A stretch of 64,000 nt of DNA from the NCBI GenBank assembly GCA_016207165.1, contig JACQQD010000008.1, positions 117,447 to 181,446 on the forward strand, written 5' to 3'. Of this stretch, positions 29,482-38,628 are shown piece by piece. Numbering within the stretch: position 1 is the stretch's first letter; each line of letters begins with the position of its first letter. The DNA comes from Candidatus Micrarchaeota archaeon. Lineage in GTDB: Archaea; Micrarchaeota; Micrarchaeia; Norongarragalinales; Norongarragalinaceae. The notes below the pieces were generated by a model that was not told the DNA's origin, did not search any database, and saw only the letters and a list, made by a program, of their open reading frames with translations. The position numbers and the translations under genes were made by a program.

Positions 29482-30432
29482 ATGGACTTTGATTTTGACG
29501 TGTTGATTGTCGGCGCGGGCGCCGCGGGCTTGACGGCGGCTTTGTACACGTGCCGGAAAAACCTCAAGACGGCCATCGTCTCCATTGACGTGGGGGGGCA
29601 GACGAATTTGACGTCCAACATCGAGAACTATCCTGGGGTTGAACCCATGCATGGCGCGGTTTTGATGCAGAAGTTCCTCAAGCAAGCGCAGGGCGTGGGC
29701 GCCCAACTGATTTCCGGCAAAGTCGGCAGGATTGAAAAAATCGAGAACGGTTTTCGCGTCAACCTCAAGGACGGCCAAGCGTTTACGTCCAAATGCGTGC
29801 TGTTGGCTTTTGGCAAAGTCCCGCGCACCCTGGGCATTCCTGGGGAGGACCACTTTTTTGGGAAAGGCGTGTCGACTTGCGTCACGTGCGACGGGCCCCT
29901 GTTTCGGGGTAAGGACGTCGTGGTGGTGGGCGGCGGCAATTCCGCCATTGAAGGCGCTTTGGAACTGGCGGAAATCGCGAACAAGGTTTATTTGGTGCAC
30001 CGCCGGGACGCGTTTAGGGCGGACGAAATCACGGTGCAGAAGCTGAAGTCCCACAAGAACATGGAGTTGGTCTTGAATTCGGCGGCGGTGGAAGTCAGAG
30101 GCCAAAAATTCATTGACACGGTGGTCGTTCAAGACGTCAACACCAAGGCCACGCGCGACTTGGCCGTCAAAGGCATGTTTTTGGAGATTGGCTTCATCAT
30201 GGACATTTCCATGCTGGAGGGGTTGAACGTGAACGTCAACGCCAAGAAGGAGATCTTATCGGATTCCGTGACGTGCCACACCAACGTTCCTGGATTGTTT
30301 GCCGCCGGGGACTGCACGGCGATTCCTTTCAAGCAGACCGTCATTTCGGCGGGCGAGGGCGCCAAGGCGGCGTTGGAAATCCATCGTCACATGACTGGAG
30401 CGAAAGGCATTGCCCTGGATTGGGACCATTAA
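29482..30432 (+). CDS. trxB: Thioredoxin reductase
   Basis: GAGAAG, IENYPG, CVTCDG, GGGNSA, HRRDAFRA, FAAGD. Confidence 0.95.
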   Translation: MDFDFDVLIVGAGAAGLTAALYTCRKNLKTAIVSIDVGGQTNLTSNIENYPGVEPMHGAVLMQKFLKQAQGVGAQLISGKVGRIEKIENGFRVNLKDGQAFTSKCVLLAFGKVPRTLGIPGEDHFFGKGVSTCVTCDGPLFRGKDVVVVGGGNSAIEGALELAEIANKVYLVHRRDAFRADEITVQKLKSHKNMELVLNSAAVEVRGQKFIDTVVVQDVNTKATRDLAVKGMFLEIGFIMDISMLEGLNVNVNAKKEILSDSVTCHTNVPGLFAAGDCTAIPFKQTVISAGEGAKAALEIHRHMTGAKGIALDWDH

Positions 30433-32249
30433 GCGGCTTCGTGGTGCAGGGCTTTTGGCAGTAAAAGCGTCAGGGCGGCGTCTTTTCCGTGATCCAGTTC
30501 CCGTGCCATGTGTTCCAACACCGTTCGCGGGTCGTCCTTATCGGTACGGAGGTTTCGCCAGTGCCGGCGCCAGCCTTTACCCAGTTTGAGTTGGACGGCG
30601 TTTTCCTGCAGTTCTTGCGCGGTCAGGTTGACGCCGGAACGCCTTGTCAATTCTGTTGCCAGAAATTCGTAGGCCTGTTCCCTGCTTTGGGGGAGCTTGG
30701 GCACCGGTAAACTTGCCGCTTTAGCTCCGGCGAGGTCCTTGTACTGGCTTTGCAGGCGCTCCCGTTCGCTCTGACCGGAAATGCCGAGGCTGTACAGCAG
30801 CTTGTTGAGGTTGTGCCATGTATCGGCTTTTGCGCCGGGACCCTTGGGCGGTTTTCTCACCCGGTTTCCAAGAGAGTCAATCCACCAGTCTTTGTCTTCG
30901 AGGATCAGGTTGCCGGTGTTGTTGACCACGGCTTTGGCGACGTGTTGCGCAAAGCCGTCCAGTCTGTCTTGGGTGAAGTGGGGGTCCACCTGGGCTTTGC
31001 GGCGAAGCAATAGTTCGGTGACTTTGATGAAGTCGTAGCCGGCGTTGGGGTGGTGTTCATGGACTTGGGCAAGCGGGACGCCCAATTCGGCGGCCACGGC
31101 TTTTTGGGCGGCGGCTTGGAACGCGTTGGTGGGCGGCGCTGGCGTTTTTGCGGGGGCCGGGCCGGGCGTCAACGTGATTTGAGGCGGCTTGCCGCCGGTG
31201 GTGTGCGTGAACAGTGGCGTCGGGGCTTCAGCCCCGGTCGCGACTGCGGCTGGCGTGGGCTTGGCAAAAGATTGTTCGATTTGGTCCGCGATGAAGCCAG
31301 GGGTTTTCAGCGCACCCAGCATGATGACGGCGCCGATGGCGGCGGCTTTGGCTCGTTCTTTCCAGAGAAACGGCGCCGGTTTTTCCGCGAAGCGTCGCAT
31401 GGCTGTGTGTTTGTCTTTTCGGCGCAAAAGCTTGAGTTCCTCGATGCCGTGGAGCATCTGGCGCGGGGTGGCGGTGGCTTTGGAAAGGATGTCGTTCGTC
31501 ATTTGGGCAGGAAAGTGCGAGAGCATGTATTCCCTCACCAAAAACTCGTTCACGTCGCCTTGGACGCGCCGCAGTTCTTGTTTGTACTCGTCCAAGGCGG
31601 CGCCTTTGACTTCAGGACTCCAGTTCGGCTCGGCGCGTATGGCGTGGCTCAGCTTGTTTTGTGCGGTGTCGCCTTGCTCGGCGGCTTTCAGGTGTCCTTG
31701 AGCGACGTGGAGTTGTTGTTCCAGGAGGCGTTTCATCTCGTCGGGATGAACGTCGCTGGGTAATCTCCATTCCCGGTTGCCTACGCGGATGAAGTTGCCT
31801 CCCAGAAGCACTAGCGGGTCTTTTCTTCCGCTGATTCTCCTCTGGCGCTCCATGAAGGCGCTGAGCCTTGCCAGAAATCCGCGGAACATGAAGTTCGGTC
31901 CCAAGTCTCGGAATTGGTGCTGCAAGCGATTTTCGATGTCGGCGTCAACTTTTTCTTGGAGCTCAGCTTCAAGCGCTCGCGTTTTTTCCTCGAATTCCAG
32001 GAGTTTCGGGTTGGTGCGCCGCAATGCGTTTTCATGTTCTCTTTCGACCGCCGGCGCGTACCCGTCGCCCAGCATGGTTTGAACCCGGGTTTGGATTTCT
32101 TCGTGAAGGGCGCGTTCTTCGTGGGCGCTCAGCCGTGTTTTGATGCCTAAGACGGCGGGAGTCCACGTCTGCTCTCCCGCCCATCGCATGAGTTTCCTAG
32201 CGTGGTTTCGGAATGCTTCCAGGAACGTCATTTTTTCTTCCTCGGCCAC
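30429..32249 (-). CDS. Single-pass membrane protein with Pro/Thr linker (paralog 2)
   Basis: Charged helical N-terminus, TM AAAIGAVIMLGAL, P/T-rich linker. Confidence 0.75.
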   Translation of the reverse strand: MAEEEKMTFLEAFRNHARKLMRWAGEQTWTPAVLGIKTRLSAHEERALHEEIQTRVQTMLGDGYAPAVEREHENALRRTNPKLLEFEEKTRALEAELQEKVDADIENRLQHQFRDLGPNFMFRGFLARLSAFMERQRRISGRKDPLVLLGGNFIRVGNREWRLPSDVHPDEMKRLLEQQLHVAQGHLKAAEQGDTAQNKLSHAIRAEPNWSPEVKGAALDEYKQELRRVQGDVNEFLVREYMLSHFPAQMTNDILSKATATPRQMLHGIEELKLLRRKDKHTAMRRFAEKPAPFLWKERAKAAAIGAVIMLGALKTPGFIADQIEQSFAKPTPAAVATGAEAPTPLFTHTTGGKPPQITLTPGPAPAKTPAPPTNAFQAAAQKAVAAELGVPLAQVHEHHPNAGYDFIKVTELLLRRKAQVDPHFTQDRLDGFAQHVAKAVVNNTGNLILEDKDWWIDSLGNRVRKPPKGPGAKADTWHNLNKLLYSLGISGQSERERLQSQYKDLAGAKAASLPVPKLPQSREQAYEFLATELTRRSGVNLTAQELQENAVQLKLGKGWRRHWRNLRTDKDDPRTVLEHMARELDHGKDAALTLLLPKALHHEAA

Positions 32250-32545
32250 CGGCTAGCGATTTCATCGGATTGGGCAATCAATTGCCTGACTTCGTTTTGG
32301 AGTCTTATCACTTCCTTTTCTTGCTCTACTTGGGCCTGGACACTCGTTTTTGCCAACTCCATCATGCGGCGGATTTCAAGGCCTGTATGGTCGTTTCCCG
32401 CTTGTTTGCGGATGTCTTGGCACACGGCTTCTGCGATTTGTCGAGCCGTTTCAGGATGGATGTGGTGTCTTTCGGGCAATTTTTTCTCGAGGAATGCCTG
32501 CAGGCCCGTCAGGCTTGCTTCCAACCGTTGCCTCGTTGTTTCCAT
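32228..32545 (-). CDS. Small helical hypothetical protein
   Basis: 105 aa; overlaps the downstream start. Confidence 0.65.
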   Translation of the reverse strand: METTRQRLEASLTGLQAFLEKKLPERHHIHPETARQIAEAVCQDIRKQAGNDHTGLEIRRMMELAKTSVQAQVEQEKEVIRLQNEVRQLIAQSDEIASRWPRKKK

Positions 32546-32577
32546 GATAGCAGATATTTAGGGAAACGACTTTTTTA

Positions 32578-32622
32578 TAGCAATCCCCGACTATTTTGTC
32601 GGGTCACTTTCTTGGTTTGCTG
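32578..32622. mobile_element. TA-flanked palindromic mini-element, copy C (45 bp, single unit)
   Basis: TA|tagcaatccccgactattttgtcgggtcactttcttggtttgctg|TA; same termini as copies A and B. Confidence 0.75.
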
Positions 32623-32643
32623 TATTGACTTTCGTTTTTTTCC

Positions 32644-34404
32644 TTATTTTTTGGGTGTGCGCGGGCTTTTGGTTCGCGTGCGGCCGAGTTCGTCTTCGTA
32701 GGTGGACGCGCTTCCGTCTTGTTTCCAGCCGCCTTGGGATACCGGGATTTCCTTCATGCGTTGGTGGTAGCGTTGCATCACGGTTTGGACGTCGGCGTCT
32801 TTCCATAGTCCGCCGCCGTCCATGCCCCAGGGAACGGCCCAATTCCAGCTTTTCAGGATGGCGCGCAGGTTTTGGTCGACGTCGGCTTTCGTCTTGTTCT
32901 CGTCCAGCCACGTGATGGATCCGTCTTTGACGCCTTGGTCGCGGGCCAAGAGGATTTTGGTGTGCCAGTTTCGGCCCCATAACTTCAAGTCGCCGACGTG
33001 GAGCGCCTTTTCTTTCTCGGCTTTGCGTTCCATGAGCACTTCCAAGAGGATGCGGTCGTTGACGCCGGTGTTCTTGTCCGTGACGTTGGCCTGGCCTTTT
33101 TTGGCCGCGGATTGGAAGGCGTCCACGATTTGGTTGGCGTACTGGGCAAACAGGCTTGGTTCCGGGGGTGGCGTGGGTCCGCCGCCCGTTACTTCAGGCG
33201 CCGGAGTCTTGGGCGACGGCGTTTTCGGCGAATCGGGGGCTGTGGGTGAAGGCGTGACGGCGACTGAAGTTGGCGTCGCGCTTCTCCGGATGGCTGGCGG
33301 CTCGGCTTGTTGGGCGAAGTATTGTTCGGTTGCTGGCGCCACGACTTTGGGCCCGCTTACGCCCGCCAGCATGGTGGCCATGACGCCGACGGCCGCCCAG
33401 TTTTGAGCTTTGGCGGATTGGGAGAGTCTTTTGACCCAGGATTCGGCTTGCCCTGGGGTTTGGATGCCTTGCAGGGCCTTGTCCACGCCTTGCTCTTCGA
33501 TGATGTGGACGATGAACGCGTGGTTGATGTCTCTGCGCAATGCCAAGTTTTCGGCCAGGTCGTATCCGTAGCGCGAGCCGATGTGGTGTTTGAACAAAAG
33601 CTCCGCGATTTTGCGTTCGGCGTGTCCGCGGCCAAAGAGGCCTTGGACTTGGAACATGTCGCTCAGGTGCTGGGGTCCTCCGCCTTGTTTGTAAAACACT
33701 TTTCCGAGTGCGCGCTTCGTTTTGCCCCAGCCTTGCTTGACGCCGTGCTTGAATTTGTTCAAGCGTCCTTCGGCAGGCAGGGCTTCTTGGGGTGCGGGTT
33801 CTGGGTGTTCTGAGAACTGTTCGAGAGCGGCTTGGTATTGGGCCAGCATTTGTTGGGGTGCGGCGTCGCGGTCCCATTCCAGGTTGCCGATGGTGGGGTG
33901 GTTTCCGCCGGTCAGTTCGTGCACGTCGTCGAGGTATTGTTGAAAGCTGAAGTGTTGTCCGAGGCCGAATCGGGCTCGGAATCTCTCGGATAAGTCGTCT
34001 TCGACGAATTGCTTGAGGCGGCGCGCGGTGGCTTGTTCTTGGGATTGTTTGCGTTGGGGGTGGCGTTCTTCTTCGCGTTCATGGCGGGCTTGCAGGCGAG
34101 CCGCTTTTTTCAAGATTTCTTGGACGGCGGATTCCAATTCGGCGTCGGCGTTGGCCACTCCCCGGGCGGTGGCCTCGGTGACGGCGTCATAGAAGTCTCG
34201 AGTCGTGTGGTCCTTGACTTCTCTTTCGATGGCGGCCTGGTACCTTTCCGCCAAGCCGTCCAGGGCGTGTTCGGTTTGCAGTCGAGCAAAGTCGTGGGCG
34301 GCTTCCCGGCTGGCGGAAAACTCGCCGAAGAATCTGGGCCAGTTGATGTTTTTGAGGTTTTCCCGGAACCGGTTCACGCTTTCCCGAATTTTTCGTAGGA
34401 TCAT
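32644..34404 (-). CDS. Single-pass membrane protein with Pro/Thr linker (paralog 1)
   Basis: Same architecture as 30429-32249, with shared motifs. Confidence 0.75.
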   Translation of the reverse strand: MILRKIRESVNRFRENLKNINWPRFFGEFSASREAAHDFARLQTEHALDGLAERYQAAIEREVKDHTTRDFYDAVTEATARGVANADAELESAVQEILKKAARLQARHEREEERHPQRKQSQEQATARRLKQFVEDDLSERFRARFGLGQHFSFQQYLDDVHELTGGNHPTIGNLEWDRDAAPQQMLAQYQAALEQFSEHPEPAPQEALPAEGRLNKFKHGVKQGWGKTKRALGKVFYKQGGGPQHLSDMFQVQGLFGRGHAERKIAELLFKHHIGSRYGYDLAENLALRRDINHAFIVHIIEEQGVDKALQGIQTPGQAESWVKRLSQSAKAQNWAAVGVMATMLAGVSGPKVVAPATEQYFAQQAEPPAIRRSATPTSVAVTPSPTAPDSPKTPSPKTPAPEVTGGGPTPPPEPSLFAQYANQIVDAFQSAAKKGQANVTDKNTGVNDRILLEVLMERKAEKEKALHVGDLKLWGRNWHTKILLARDQGVKDGSITWLDENKTKADVDQNLRAILKSWNWAVPWGMDGGGLWKDADVQTVMQRYHQRMKEIPVSQGGWKQDGSASTYEDELGRTRTKSPRTPKK

Positions 34405-34991
34405 GGTTTGGACTCCTGATGTCGGTCGTGCAACGCTTTTGCCGCGAGCATGACTTCTTTTTCATCTGCGGTAAGTTCTTCCAGCTCTTGTTTCCGGCGT
34501 CGTTCCGCTTTGGCCCATTCCCGGATTATCGCTTTGAGTCCTTCAGCGGTTCCACGCAGTTTTTGGCGTCGGGCGTATTCGGCGTCGTCCTCCGCATTTT
34601 TCACTCCTTGTTCGGCTTGGGCGAGGTGTTCCCGGATGCGGGTTTCGGCTTCTTCTCGATGTTCTTCCACTTGCTGCATGACGTGCTTCACAGCGGCCTG
34701 CGTCATTGGAGTAATGTGTTCTTCTTCCACTCCGGCTTTTCGGAGGGCGGCTTCGACTTCGGTCCACACGTGTTCGCCGTTTTCGCCGAAGATGTCTTCC
34801 AAGTGGCGGGCCGCAGCGGTTTGCAGTTGTCCGAACCGGTTGAAGTGGATGCCTTGCACGTCTGCGAAGGCGACGCGCATGCCGATGCGTCGCTGGAGCG
34901 TGAGCAGTTTTCTTCGGTTTTTCAACAGTTTTTCTCGGGTTAGCGCGTTGTCCAAGTCTTGGGGTGTTGTGCGGCGTCGTTCTTCTGGCAT
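34401..34991 (-). CDS. Coiled-coil hypothetical protein
   Basis: 196 aa, E/R/K-rich; ATGA overlap with the next gene. Confidence 0.7.
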   Translation of the reverse strand: MPEERRRTTPQDLDNALTREKLLKNRRKLLTLQRRIGMRVAFADVQGIHFNRFGQLQTAAARHLEDIFGENGEHVWTEVEAALRKAGVEEEHITPMTQAAVKHVMQQVEEHREEAETRIREHLAQAEQGVKNAEDDAEYARRQKLRGTAEGLKAIIREWAKAERRRKQELEELTADEKEVMLAAKALHDRHQESKP

Positions 34992-35038
34992 TGAAGTGTC
35001 TTAGGCATTTTTAGACTTAAAAAGGTGGCTTGTAGGTT

Positions 35039-35521
35039 TTAGAACAAGCGGTGGCTGTCGTCTTTGAGGAAGTCTTGGACTTCTTCCTCTTCTTGGCCTT
35101 GCGGGCTGGTCTGAGGCATGGAGAACATGTCCATGCCGCCGCCGGTGGCTGGAGGTGGAGTGGGTGGGGCGTGTTCCAGGGCCTCCAAAAGCGCGCGGTC
35201 CAAGTCGTTTTTGAGTTGCTGGTCCAAGACGTTGATGTCTTCTATAACCAGAAATACGTATTTGCCTTCCGCGATTTCCACGTCGGCGATCTTGTCTCTT
35301 AAGAAACTCATTTCGTGTTCGTTGTCGGATTCCGTGGTCACTACGGCTACAATGGCGTCGACTTGTCGGCCGAAGAGCTTCTTGCAGGCGGCGGGAACCT
35401 TGAAGGGGTTGGGGCACGTGAATTTCTCGATTTGGACGTCGGCCTGCAAGTCGGCCAATTCGCTGAAAGCGGGGTAGGCGTCTTTGGAGTTGGTTTTGCA
35501 GTCAAGAAACCCGATGCGCAT
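35039..35521 (-). CDS. Degenerate archaeal riboflavin-synthase (lumazine synthase fold) homolog
   Basis: MRIGFLD..FTCP..VPAACKKL resembles archaeal RibC (TVPG..LPVACKKL); acidic tail. Confidence 0.6.
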   Translation of the reverse strand: MRIGFLDCKTNSKDAYPAFSELADLQADVQIEKFTCPNPFKVPAACKKLFGRQVDAIVAVVTTESDNEHEMSFLRDKIADVEIAEGKYVFLVIEDINVLDQQLKNDLDRALLEALEHAPPTPPPATGGGMDMFSMPQTSPQGQEEEEVQDFLKDDSHRLF

Positions 35522-35735
35522 GGTGTATGGAGCAAACGGCGTGCAGGCTAATTAATGTTTTTGAGGTCTTTTGGACTCATGTAGCTTTGGGGGGTTTGCT
35601 TTCGTGAACTTAACGGCCCCTGCGTTGCGGAAGCGGCTGGAACCGCGTGGGTGGTCCGGGCCGAGCCGGACGCGGGAGGCAGGCGTTTTTATTCATGGGG
35701 CGTCCTTAGTGGCTTGTCTTTGGAGGTGGGCGTGA

Positions 35736-36071
35736 GTGCCTGGATTGTTGGCCGAGGCGTTGCATCGGCGTTTGGAAAAAATGGGTTTCAAGGATGTGGA
35801 GTTGAACAAGCGAGGGGGAGTAGTTCATGTTCCCTTGGACGTCAATACGCGTTCAACCCGGCTTTTTGAGCACGTTGGCGGCGAGGGTTCCCGCGCGGAA
35901 CGCCTCAAGCAAGCGTTGCATCAGCACGTTGGGGTTATCCGGGAGGCTTTGGGCGGGGGAAGTTTTACGTTGGAGGATGTGACTTCCCAGCCGCGTCGGC
36001 TCGGCGGCCCGCGTGAGGCTCAATACGATGTGAGCCACGTCTTGGGTTACAAAATTACTTTCCATGCTTAG
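35736..36071 (+). CDS. Hypothetical protein
   Basis: GTG start with ggaggtg upstream. Confidence 0.5.
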   Translation: MPGLLAEALHRRLEKMGFKDVELNKRGGVVHVPLDVNTRSTRLFEHVGGEGSRAERLKQALHQHVGVIREALGGGSFTLEDVTSQPRRLGGPREAQYDVSHVLGYKITFHA

Positions 36072-36724
36072 AGTCGCACGCAGGCGGTGGTGCGGTACAA
36101 GCGTTTTCCTTCGCGTTCGCCGATGAGTTTGCGGGTGTACGTGGCGTCCAGGCGTAGCTGGGTCAACGCCTCAAGGCCGGGGCGTTTTTTGCCGACTTGG
36201 ATATCGACGCCTTCTTTTTGTTGGACCACCTTGGTGACGAACGTCTTTTTCTCGATGAGGCGGACCAGTTGCGCCGAAATTTTCTGGGTTTTTTCCTTGG
36301 GTCCGCGGATTTGGATGACGGCTTCGTGGTAGCCTCCTGACCGCAGGGAACAGTCGGGGCACATTTTCTTTTCCAGGGGCATGGCCAGGGAATATTTTTC
36401 GGCGACGGCTTGGCCGTCTACATTGAATTCCATGTCGATTCTTGCCTCGACGTGCTTTTTGTCGGGCTGGTGGAATTGAATGCGGCAGTGCGTGAGGGCG
36501 TATTTGGACTGGATTTTTTCGCGGATGTGCGCGTGGAGAAAGTCGGAGGCAACCCACTCGCCTTTCAAGCGGATTCGCTCGCATTTTGGGCATTGCAGTA
36601 AGGAGATTTCCGGCAGGCTGAAGATGCGGTTGCGTTGGATGAAGCAGTTCCTGCAAAACGATGCGAGGAAGGGCGTGTCGCGGCTTGACGCGCCGCATTG
36701 GGGGCAGATTCTTTCCATGTCCAT
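36068..36724 (-). CDS. Nmd3-family protein
   Basis: Four CxxC pairs; GGYHEAVIQIR; EGVDI; KRLYRTT. Confidence 0.9.
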   Translation of the reverse strand: MDMERICPQCGASSRDTPFLASFCRNCFIQRNRIFSLPEISLLQCPKCERIRLKGEWVASDFLHAHIREKIQSKYALTHCRIQFHQPDKKHVEARIDMEFNVDGQAVAEKYSLAMPLEKKMCPDCSLRSGGYHEAVIQIRGPKEKTQKISAQLVRLIEKKTFVTKVVQQKEGVDIQVGKKRPGLEALTQLRLDATYTRKLIGEREGKRLYRTTACVRL

Positions 36725-36830
36725 TGGGTCTTTGGGGCGTTGACTGGTTTTAAGCCATTGGGCTCGGGGTGGGGGGGCGGGCGTCGCTTGGCGTATTTTA
36801 TATGCCGTTGCCGTAGAACTTCTCTATTGC

Positions 36831-38624
36831 ATGAAGCAGGATTTGCGGGGCAAGTTCGTGCACTTGTCCGACGTGTTGGTGGAGTTGCCGTCCGTCAAGA
36901 GGCTCTTGGCGTATTTGGTGGTTGCCGCGTTTTTCGCCGGATTTCTCATCCGCTTCAGTCACGGGCGCAGCCTGTTTGACGCGGCGCTGTTTGGGGGCCT
37001 GGAGGGGTTTTGGCTGTTGTTTTTGCCGGCGGTGCTGGCCGCCGCGCTGGCGTCGTCGCTTTACCACAACAAGTTTTTCCAGTACTTTCTGTCCACCTCC
37101 CTGGTTTCGGCCGTCGTCGTGGGCCTCTCGTACGTGTTGAGTGTCCTGGTTTTCAACCAGTTCAAGTTGGGTTTGAGTTTTCTGGCGTTGCTGGGCAACG
37201 CGTTCGGCTTGGTCATTTGGTTTGTGGCCGCGTACGTGATTTTGTCTTCGCGGCCGGTCAAGGCGCTCGTCGTTTCCGTCGTCTACCCCGTGTTCAACAT
37301 TGCGTTTCTGGTATCGTGGAACTTGCTGGGCGTGGCGGAGTCGTCGCTTCCCTTGGACGTGTCTTTCGTGACGTTGTTCAAGTTTGCCGTGGCCGCCGGC
37401 ATCTTGTTGTTGTCGTTGGGCGCGCTTTTTTACGTGATCAATGCGCCGTCGCGCCGCAACTTCGGCGTGTCGACCATGCAGGCCCTCACGCTTTTTTTTG
37501 CGCAGTGGATTCAGGGGGACAAAGGATTGGAGGAGTTCTTGGGCCGGTTCGGTGAGCAAGTAACGACTCTGATTGGGGCTGTGGCTTTTAAGGCAAAATC
37601 CGGGAGGCTGAAAGCCGTTTTTTTGGTGCCGCACGTGCATTTCGGTCCTTTCGGCAATTTGGGCGGCAGCGCGTTTCCGGCCGTGCTCTCGAAACGCTTG
37701 AAGCGGGTCTTTGGCGCGGAGACGTTTGTGTTCCATCCGCTGGTCACGCATGACTTGAATCCCGTGCACTCCAACCAGGCCACCCACTTGGGGAAAGAAT
37801 GCGAGGCGCTGGTCTCGTCCTTGGCGTCGTTTTCTCCGAAGGGCTTCATCGCCGAAAGCCAGGTCCGGGAGAACCAAGTGGGCGTGATGGGTTTTGGAAG
37901 GAAAGCGTTTTTTTCCATTACGCGGGCGCCGCATTCCACGGAGGACTTCGAGTTGTCCGTGGGCGTGGCGTTGCGCAACTTGGCGCTTCGGCGCTTTGAC
38001 GACGCGTTGGTCGTCGACCGGCACAACAGTTTGACGGATGGGGAGATGTATGACGTGGGCTCGGACGTGTACTACGCGTACGCCGACGCGCTTTCCGCCT
38101 TGGAACCCGAAGCCGAAGGGGTCTTGTCTCTGGGCGTTTCTTCGGATGCGTTGGAGGATTTCTCGTTGGAGCAGGGCCACGGGGCCGGTGGAATGAAAGT
38201 CGCGGTTTTGGGTTTCGGAAGGAAAAAGGCGTGCGTGGTGTGGGTGGACGCCAACAATGCGTTGCCGTCGTTTCGGGACGCCGTGCGGGAGCGCTTGAAA
38301 GAATTTGGCTTCGTGGACTTGTTCACGTCCGACACGCATTCCGTCAACACCGTGGGCGGCATTCACAACCCGTTGGGCGCGCACCCGCGCCACCAGGAAT
38401 TATTGGACCGGATTTCGGCGTGCGTGGCGCGTGCCGAAAAAGACGTGGAGCCGGTGTCCGCCGCCTTGTCGTCGCGGCGCGTGTCGTTGTCGGTGCTGGG
38501 CATCCAGCGGCAAGCCGAATTGGTCACCACCGTCAACGCCATTGTTTCCGTGGCGAAAATCGTGGCTCCGGTCATGTTCTTTTTGGCGTTGGTGTTGGTC
38601 TTCTTCGCGTTTCTGGTGCTCTGA
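36831..38624 (+). CDS. DUF2070-family membrane protein
   Basis: N-terminal TMs; PHVHFGPFGNLGGS, THDLNPV, DRHN, DANN, TSDTH. Confidence 0.85.
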   Translation: MKQDLRGKFVHLSDVLVELPSVKRLLAYLVVAAFFAGFLIRFSHGRSLFDAALFGGLEGFWLLFLPAVLAAALASSLYHNKFFQYFLSTSLVSAVVVGLSYVLSVLVFNQFKLGLSFLALLGNAFGLVIWFVAAYVILSSRPVKALVVSVVYPVFNIAFLVSWNLLGVAESSLPLDVSFVTLFKFAVAAGILLLSLGALFYVINAPSRRNFGVSTMQALTLFFAQWIQGDKGLEEFLGRFGEQVTTLIGAVAFKAKSGRLKAVFLVPHVHFGPFGNLGGSAFPAVLSKRLKRVFGAETFVFHPLVTHDLNPVHSNQATHLGKECEALVSSLASFSPKGFIAESQVRENQVGVMGFGRKAFFSITRAPHSTEDFELSVGVALRNLALRRFDDALVVDRHNSLTDGEMYDVGSDVYYAYADALSALEPEAEGVLSLGVSSDALEDFSLEQGHGAGGMKVAVLGFGRKKACVVWVDANNALPSFRDAVRERLKEFGFVDLFTSDTHSVNTVGGIHNPLGAHPRHQELLDRISACVARAEKDVEPVSAALSSRRVSLSVLGIQRQAELVTTVNAIVSVAKIVAPVMFFLALVLVFFAFLVL

Positions 38625-38628
38625 GTTT

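Noticed and set aside
35580-35690. Possible 5S rRNA, SRP RNA or HDV-like ribozyme
   Set aside because: The conserved motifs and required pairings could not be matched by eye
38305-38628. Long N-terminal extensions given by the ORF track (also for idi, mvaD, the first GT4 and EamA)
   Set aside because: They extend into upstream genes or promoter regions; the family N-terminal motifs point to later starts
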